From positions 1 through 14,176 of the forward strand of contig CBDDUX010000106.1 in assembly GCA_965234725.1 (NCBI GenBank): 14,176 bases of DNA. Reading direction: 5' to 3'. Shown piece after piece: positions 8,373 to 14,176 of this stretch. Positions within the stretch are counted from its first letter, which is position 1. Each line of letters begins with the position of its first letter. The notes below the pieces were generated by a model. That model searched no databases, was not told the origin of the DNA, and worked only from the letters and a program-made list of their open reading frames with translations. Both the position numbers and the translations under genes were made by a program. Origin of the DNA: Thermoplasmatota archaeon (GTDB lineage: Archaea > Thermoplasmatota > Penumbrarchaeia > Penumbrarchaeales > Penumbrarchaeaceae).

Positions 8373-11300
8373 ACCTCTTCCTCCATGTCAGAATCTTCAG
8401 AAGATGCGATTGCATCGGCCTGCCTTAGTAGAGATTCAAGATATGCTAGTTTCCACCACCCGAAACGTTCCTGCAATCTGGAATATCTCATCATGGTCTG
8501 GTAAACCGTATCCTTCATAACGGAATGGTCTGTTCCAGGCGGAAATGCTTGCTCCTCAAAATGTGGTCTTCCCCATCCGTGGTGAACAGATATCAGATGT
8601 AATATCAGATCTTTTTCATCACTATCAGATATCTCTTGGATACCATATGAATCGATCAAACTGCCGACCTCATGACGATAACCGCCAAGTTTTCTCCAGT
8701 CAACATTACCCTTTGCCAATGCTTCTTTCCCTTTTGAAGGATCGTGACCTGCAGCTGTTTGCCAGATATCATTTCTCTTACCATTGTCATGATATCTTGC
8801 AGCGATTGAAAGTGCCTCTCGAACCTTTGAATCAATCTCTAATGAGATACAAAACTGATTTATGATCTGATTTACATCTTTATTGTGTCTATCTACGGTT
8901 GGATATTCAGAGATGCTCTTATTTTTCTTTTGATTGGATTTCAATAAAACAAACCATTCCTCATCGATCTCATCATCCTCTGAAAACTCATTCATCCTTT
9001 TCGTCTGTAATTTGAAAACGGATCTCTTCGAATATCTTTTCTCAAGTTCTGATAATGAATCTTTAAGACTTTTCCATTCCATATCTTTCATTGATCCGTC
9101 ATCATCAAATGAGGTGAAACTCCATAGATCATTATATCGATTAATAGATATTCTTATGAGATCTTCACTTGATACATCGATGTTCTTATCCTTTTTTTTG
9201 GGATCGAAAAAACCAGAATCGTCCAATCCCCCTAATGTTGATGGGAAGATAATGGTTGCATACTCTAATGGATAATCCCCTGGACGATCTACAATCTCTT
9301 TGAGGATGCTTGTTTTGAAACTTCCGTTTACTGTGGCGATGATAACTGGAAGTTCAAGTCTTTGTTCATCGAATTGTTTTAAAAGTTTACTTCTGTTATC
9401 AGTACCGGTGTTTGTGATTTCATATGTAGGAATATGTAATCGTTCTTTGGTTATAATTGGATGATGCTTAAACCAATTGCTGATATCCATTTCCGGAAGA
9501 GGTGCTATCTTTTCTACTTCGTCCCTCCAGGCAATATATGTGTTAGGATATTCATCCTTAATACCATGGAGCCAGCTTTCCGGTTGTGGTCTTGCAGGAA
9601 GCTCTCTCAAAGATGTTTGAGACCATAGGTCTAGGAGGACATCGGTAAGTTCCATTTTTTCAACATCTGATGAGAATGCCTCTTTAGAATCTGCATCAGT
9701 TAGTATCTTTTTTACACTCTCGAGACTCATATCATCCTTGTTCTTTGATAAGATTTCAAACGTTCTGTATCTTGACCATTGAATTGGATCCTTCTTAATG
9801 AATTTCCCTTTCACTTCGACAATATTTTCAATCATATCTTTCTCTTTCATCCTATTCTTCTTGTCCATCGCATTATATCTCTCAGTTTTGTTATTCTCAA
9901 GCTGTTTTATTTTTTCTAAAATTCTTTCCTTCTTTTTTTGACTTGGAGTTGATTCAGCTTTTTTGGTCTCTATTGATATTTTCCCATTGACTTTCATGAT
10001 ATATTTTTCCAACCTTCCGATTTCCTTTTGAAATGATTCGTTAAAATTTTCGTTCTCTTCTTCTTCTACTTTCTTCCACTTCCTTCTCATCTCTTGTATA
10101 TTTTTGTCATAAACAAGATCAATTATCGAACCTTCACACTCCCCGAATCTGTTTACTCGACCTAAACGTTGTATCATCGAATCAAGAGTTGATAGGTCAC
10201 ATATAGAATGATCCGAATGCAAATCCATGCCAACCTCTGCTGCCGATGTGGCAACGAAATAGTGGGTTCTCTCGATCATTTCCGTTCCAAGAAATGGCTG
10301 CATTCCACCCTTTTCAAGTAAACGATCACGTTCAAAACCTCTGATCTGTCCGGTAAGCGTGGATATACGGTCATCGATGCCTTCCTTGATCTTTTTGCGC
10401 TCATTGGTAGGAATCGATCCATTTGGGTTTTCGTCCTTGTATTTTTGGATCTCTACTTCTATAAGTTCTTTTCTTATACCCTCAGATATCCTATGGGCAT
10501 CTTTCGGATCCCTGACGAATATCAGGACCCTATCCCTACCTGAATTCTTTTCCAGAGCCAGGTCTACTATCTTTTCCTGTAAGGGGTTACCTTCCTTTTC
10601 GATCTCATGAAATATTAGTCTCTTGGAAGCTTTCAAACGCTTCTCCGCAATGGGATGGTTCTGATCTTCTTCCGATAATGAAATTGATTTGTCAGAGGAA
10701 ACATCAGGCGTTGCAGATAGCTCAATTACCCGAATATTTGACATTGTAGACAATTCATCGTGAATCTTGGAATGATCCGCTTGGAATCTTTCTATGGAAC
10801 GAAGCAGCTTTCCGAAAGCTGGTGTCAGATGGGCCTCATCATGAATGAATATAGTATCACAGCCCAGTATCCCAGCATGTAGAGGTCTTGTTCTGCGGGA
10901 ATCACCATATCCTGAGAAGAGGAGCTTGCTTCCGATCATATCTACAGTACCAATGATAATACAAGGTTTGGTTGGATTCTTTTTCCATTCTTTATTATCT
11001 GCCAGTTCACCACGTAAAGTACTGACCGCAATGATATTCTCATCATCCTCAAGACAATTCATCTTTCTAAGTGCTTTAGCAACATCATACAGTGCGTGAT
11101 TATTATCATTGGAAGCTTCGTGGATTTTACTATTAATTAAGTTTACAAGTTCTGTTGCCTGATCTACAATTGTTCTCCTGTTGACAACATAAACGAGCTT
11201 TCTTGGTATTATTGAGCCTTTTGCCAATGCCAGAAGCCAAATTGGTATAACCATTGTTTTTCCAAGACCTGTAGGGATATTACAAGATGGAGGTATATTT

Positions 11301-11404
11301 CCTTCCTTCATTAATTCAAACAATCTAACCTGCCAGGGAAACGCATTTTCTTCTTCTTTCAATCCGGTTAGTCTTTTTAGACAACTTTCAAAATCAATTT
11401 GCAT
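8369..11404 (-). CDS. cas3: Type I-G Cas3 helicase with C-terminal HD nuclease
   Basis: FPWQ, PTGLGKT, YVVNRRTIVDQ, GTVDMIGS, DEAH, SAT and QRLGRVNR motifs. C-terminal HD domain: HN...YHDNGK...RHE...HHG...LAYLESLLRQAD. Confidence 0.96.
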   Translation of the reverse strand: MQIDFESCLKRLTGLKEEENAFPWQVRLFELMKEGNIPPSCNIPTGLGKTMVIPIWLLALAKGSIIPRKLVYVVNRRTIVDQATELVNLINSKIHEASNDNNHALYDVAKALRKMNCLEDDENIIAVSTLRGELADNKEWKKNPTKPCIIIGTVDMIGSKLLFSGYGDSRRTRPLHAGILGCDTIFIHDEAHLTPAFGKLLRSIERFQADHSKIHDELSTMSNIRVIELSATPDVSSDKSISLSEEDQNHPIAEKRLKASKRLIFHEIEKEGNPLQEKIVDLALEKNSGRDRVLIFVRDPKDAHRISEGIRKELIEVEIQKYKDENPNGSIPTNERKKIKEGIDDRISTLTGQIRGFERDRLLEKGGMQPFLGTEMIERTHYFVATSAAEVGMDLHSDHSICDLSTLDSMIQRLGRVNRFGECEGSIIDLVYDKNIQEMRRKWKKVEEEENENFNESFQKEIGRLEKYIMKVNGKISIETKKAESTPSQKKKERILEKIKQLENNKTERYNAMDKKNRMKEKDMIENIVEVKGKFIKKDPIQWSRYRTFEILSKNKDDMSLESVKKILTDADSKEAFSSDVEKMELTDVLLDLWSQTSLRELPARPQPESWLHGIKDEYPNTYIAWRDEVEKIAPLPEMDISNWFKHHPIITKERLHIPTYEITNTGTDNRSKLLKQFDEQRLELPVIIATVNGSFKTSILKEIVDRPGDYPLEYATIIFPSTLGGLDDSGFFDPKKKDKNIDVSSEDLIRISINRYNDLWSFTSFDDDGSMKDMEWKSLKDSLSELEKRYSKRSVFKLQTKRMNEFSEDDEIDEEWFVLLKSNQKKNKSISEYPTVDRHNKDVNQIINQFCISLEIDSKVREALSIAARYHDNGKRNDIWQTAAGHDPSKGKEALAKGNVDWRKLGGYRHEVGSLIDSYGIQEISDSDEKDLILHLISVHHGWGRPHFEEQAFPPGTDHSVMKDTVYQTMMRYSRLQERFGWWKLAYLESLLRQADAIASSEDSDMEEEV

Positions 11405-11405
11405 A

Positions 11406-11940
<535 letters not shown>

Positions 11941-12166
11941 TCTATACCTCTCGACTGGTACTCTATCCCCTCAAAGGACAGAGTATTTCCTAAAGGCTAT
12001 CAAGATATTAGGCCGTTTCCAATAATATTCCGATTCTGACCTTATTAAAACCTAGTGAAGTACTGTAATATGTCTTTAGAACCATTTGGACTCAAATCTA
12101 TATAGGTTTAGATATCAATCATTGTAAGTAGGACTCCGAAGAAGCCCTTTTCCTTTGCTCCTTTTC

Positions 12167-12266
12167 ATCTCTCTTGAAGGCATCCAGAAGAGATTCTTTC
12201 ATTTTGGGTATCGTTTTTGACAGTTTTGAGTCTGTTTTCAAACCCCGTCCCCGACACCATACCCTT
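12167..12266 (+). repeat. 100-bp direct repeat, copy 1, containing a tRNA 3' end at 12237-12259 (att-like)
   Basis: Matches 14052-14151 apart from three substitutions and compensating 2-nt indels. Contains TTCAAAC-CCCGT-CCCCGAC-A-CCA. Confidence 0.92.
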
Positions 12267-12340
12267 GATTACGGTACCCAGAGGTTAGACCCCGTCAGCT
12301 CAACAGTTTGTATCCGACACCCAACCATCCTGGAGAAGGG

Positions 12341-13264
12341 CTACCCGAGATCGATATCTTTCTGAATTTCCATGATCTCGTATTGAATTCTCTCTACCTC
12401 ATCCATCATCTCCCTTGAAGGATCAAATGTTAATAGAGCTAACTCAGAATCTGTTATTTTTAATTCCTTTGACAGGTCCTTGATCCTGATCGTTTCTTGG
12501 TACTTCTTGTATAGGTCTATCATGAATTCGGTTTTTTCAATGATCTTATCTTTAAAATCCATAAGTTCATAACCAAACCGCTTTTCAATCAGGTATATGT
12601 CGATCACATCTCTGAATTTGTATTTGATCCTTGTCAAAACCGCTCTTATTTTTTCAACAAATATCTCTCTGATATCATAACATGGCAAGCTAATAAGAGT
12701 TGAGTATGTTTTCCATTGGCTTTCATACAGAAATCTTATCTCTTCTGAATCAAGGTCCTTCACCAAACTATGAAGCTCACGATCATTCACTGGATACAGT
12801 ATCCTGTCCATGAAGTTTACCTCGATCTTTATTGTCGCAGGTACTTTGAGGATCTCCGAATCATATCCAAGATAGAATCGAGGCATCCTTCCTCCAGCTC
12901 CTATTATCACTTCATCCATGTCAGATTTGTCACCATTGAATTTGAAATCCAATTCATTAGCTATCTTCACTAGTTCCTCAAGGATATTGTCTATTTCCTT
13001 AGAACAATCCTTTTTCACCTGAGTATGATTTCTATTTTCCCATAGGTCCGGATTTTTCCATGTGAAATCTATATCCTCACTGAATCGATTATAACCGGTA
13101 TATGTCTTCACCAGGCATGTTCCACCCTTGAATACAAGGCTGTTTGAAAGATACTCATTCCCAGATATCTCATTGAGCAATCTATGGATCTGATAATCTT
13201 TTTCGATGATATCCTCTCTTCTGGGTCTTATTCGAGCGTTTAGATCCTGAAAGAATTTTTTCAT
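12341..13264 (-). CDS. abiEii: AbiEii/AbiGii-family nucleotidyltransferase toxin (type IV TA)
   Basis: IIEKDY, LVFKGGTCL.K.Y.GYNRFSEDIDF, KIEVN, EKIRAVLTR...RDVIDIY. Confidence 0.92.
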   Translation of the reverse strand: MKKFFQDLNARIRPRREDIIEKDYQIHRLLNEISGNEYLSNSLVFKGGTCLVKTYTGYNRFSEDIDFTWKNPDLWENRNHTQVKKDCSKEIDNILEELVKIANELDFKFNGDKSDMDEVIIGAGGRMPRFYLGYDSEILKVPATIKIEVNFMDRILYPVNDRELHSLVKDLDSEEIRFLYESQWKTYSTLISLPCYDIREIFVEKIRAVLTRIKYKFRDVIDIYLIEKRFGYELMDFKDKIIEKTEFMIDLYKKYQETIRIKDLSKELKITDSELALLTFDPSREMMDEVERIQYEIMEIQKDIDLG

Positions 13265-13893
13265 AAGATTTTCTCCACGGTTTCTTCGAATCTTCTTGGA
13301 AAATCTTTAAGATAACTTTTCACTTGATCTTTTTGAATGAATCTTTGATATTCCTGAAATATCTCTTTGATCTCATTGAGCTCTCCATTTTTAAGGTAAC
13401 TCCTGTAAGCAAGGTCAAGAATGGTTTTTATCCTATCAGAATACCAGATCCCATCTTTGTTAACAAGACCATGATCAAACTGTTTCTCACCTCTTTTTAT
13501 GAAAAGAAAATCCTGACCCAACACTTGGATGACCTTTGTCGTTCTGTATGAATCAGTGACCACATAATTCCTTAGGAAGTACTCATGCGTCATCAGGTTG
13601 AGTTTCAAAGCGGTTTCAAGGGCGAAATACCAATTTTTAACTCCTTTTCTCTCAAGCGCTCTTGCGACTAGTTGATAGGTGGAAAGGTCCTGTGTTTTTC
13701 TATACCTTTCTTCCATACTACGGATATAGAAGAAACCGCGAAGTATCCTTACGATATAACCTTCTTCCAGTAAATAATTAAGACTTCTCTTTTCATCCTT
13801 CCTAATCTTTCGGGCGATCTCGAATATCTCGTCCCTTGTTGCGATATTCTTGCCTTCAAGCAATAATTTCTTTGAGATCATTGAAGCTTCCAT
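13261..13893 (-). CDS. abiEi: AbiEi-like antitoxin / transcriptional regulator
   Basis: wHTH-like LLEEGYIVRILRGFFY, WYFALETALKLN...HE, and YSDRIKTILD. ATGA overlap with the toxin. Likely start ATG at 13893. Confidence 0.8.
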   Translation of the reverse strand: MEASMISKKLLLEGKNIATRDEIFEIARKIRKDEKRSLNYLLEEGYIVRILRGFFYIRSMEERYRKTQDLSTYQLVARALERKGVKNWYFALETALKLNLMTHEYFLRNYVVTDSYRTTKVIQVLGQDFLFIKRGEKQFDHGLVNKDGIWYSDRIKTILDLAYRSYLKNGELNEIKEIFQEYQRFIQKDQVKSYLKDFPRRFEETVEKIL

Positions 13894-13896
13894 GCA

Positions 13897-13946
13897 TGTC
13901 ACAAATACCGATTATGTCGGTGCTTATGACACTAACTATTATTAAA
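13897..13946 (-). promoter_or_regulatory. Putative operator palindrome and TATA box of the AbiE operon
   Basis: TGTCA-N5-ACCGA-N5-TCGGT-N5-TGACA (13897-13931), with TTTAATAA on the minus strand at 13939-13946. Confidence 0.6.
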
Positions 13947-13992
13947 TGATTACTGTAAATAGTAAGATGGCCCTTTTGATGAATGAGTGAAA

Positions 13993-14017
13993 GGTTCGAA
14001 TCCCTCCCCCCACACAA
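13993..14017 (+). other. Degenerate tRNA 3' end (old att-like site)
   Basis: GG-TTCGAAT-CCCTC-CCCCCAC-A-CAA has the spacing of T-loop, T-stem, acceptor strand, discriminator and CCA. No 5' half is present. Confidence 0.55.
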
Positions 14018-14051
14018 GAGGGGAAGGATCTCATTTCTTCAATCCAGATAA

Positions 14052-14151
14052 ATCTCTCTTGAAGGCATCCAGAAGAGATTCTTTCATTTTGGGGGTCGTT
14101 TTTGACAGTCTTGACTGTTTATTCAAACCCCGTCCCCGACACCATACCCTT
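14052..14151 (+). repeat. 100-bp direct repeat, copy 2, containing a tRNA 3' end at 14122-14144 (att-like)
   Basis: Copy of 12167-12266 offset by 1885 nt, with an identical 23-nt tRNA 3' core. Confidence 0.92.
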
Positions 14152-14176
14152 AGTTATACGACACCATATGGTTTGA

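Noticed and set aside
12190..12259. Complete tRNA gene at either repeat
   Set aside because: Upstream sequence lacks the GTCGGGG acceptor 5' strand, D arm and 5' T-stem; only the 3' 23 nt fit.
12167..14151. IS element or second CRISPR array
   Set aside because: Repeats are direct, 100 bp long and 1.9 kb apart, and no transposase is present.

Overview
Nearly the whole window is a minus-strand type I-G (formerly I-U, GSU0051-0058-like) CRISPR-Cas locus: cas3 with C-terminal HD domain, cas8u2, cas7/csb1, cas5-6/csb2, a 2.7 kb inserted block, cas4-cas1 fusion, cas2, leader, and the first 36-nt repeat at the window edge. The inserted block holds an unannotated Schlafen/AlbA_2 relic, a truncated Bro-N gene and three intact, tightly coupled genes (TPR, DUF6155-like, HEAT-like with a Cys/His tail). 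Upstream of cas3 lie one clear and one possible stub of other cas3 genes. An AbiEi/AbiEii toxin-antitoxin pair is bracketed by ~100-bp direct repeats, each containing a 23-nt tRNA 3' end (att-like), and a third degenerate tRNA 3' end lies nearby. This suggests a defence island built by tandem integration at a tRNA. Expression signals (TATA boxes, a leaderless start, GGTGA/GAGGT SD motifs) point to an archaeal host (inference). Family calls come from motif recognition only; no searches were run.
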